From: Octopus sinensis
Lineage: Eukaryota
Length of the DNA: 6,195 nucleotides
Direction of reading: 5' to 3'
Assembly (NCBI RefSeq): GCF_006345805.1
Contig: NW_021829710.1
Span: 1 to 6,195, forward strand
Below are positions 6,133 to 6,195 of this stretch, in pieces (the stretch's first letter is position 1; every line of letters begins with the position of its first letter). Under the pieces are notes generated by a model that saw only the letters and a program-made list of their open reading frames with translations, did not search any database and was not told where the DNA came from. Both the position numbers and the translations under genes were made by a program.

Positions 6133-6195
<63 letters not shown>
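6027..6195. repeat. Long interrupted (TA)n microsatellite running to the window end
   Basis: About 70 bp of pure TA at 6053-6124 plus flanking TA runs. Confidence 0.97.

Noticed and set aside
6053-6195. Very long (TA)n as a functional cruciform or fragile site
   Set aside because: Common in this kind of genome, and its length is unreliable in assemblies and truncated by the window end.

Overview
AT-rich, microsatellite-dense eukaryotic genomic DNA, most likely from an octopus or other coleoid cephalopod. That assignment rests on my recollection of octopus tRNA-derived SINE families, not on a search. None of the ORFs in the supplied track looks like a complete gene; most are read-throughs of microsatellites or SINEs. 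The window holds several complete or split tRNA-headed SINEs, two of them nested insertions with readable target-site duplications (TSDs). At 2068-3078 a CORE-type SINE is split at its internal microsatellite by an antisense SINE (15-bp TSD) and a further ~230-bp insert, and the whole compound appears to interrupt a ~41-bp minisatellite. At 4598-5190 a young SINE has inserted antisense into an older relative (13-bp TSD), creating a long fold-back. There is also a candidate minus-strand coding exon at 1171-1055 (RKVSLDREDIGPRALRSDHPVFSLYADDQGHVIQRLLL*) behind a strong splice acceptor, so the window may be the 3' end and last intron of an unidentified minus-strand gene. I see no evidence for a new multi-gene system; the noteworthy signals are nested retroposon architecture and repeat-borne motifs.
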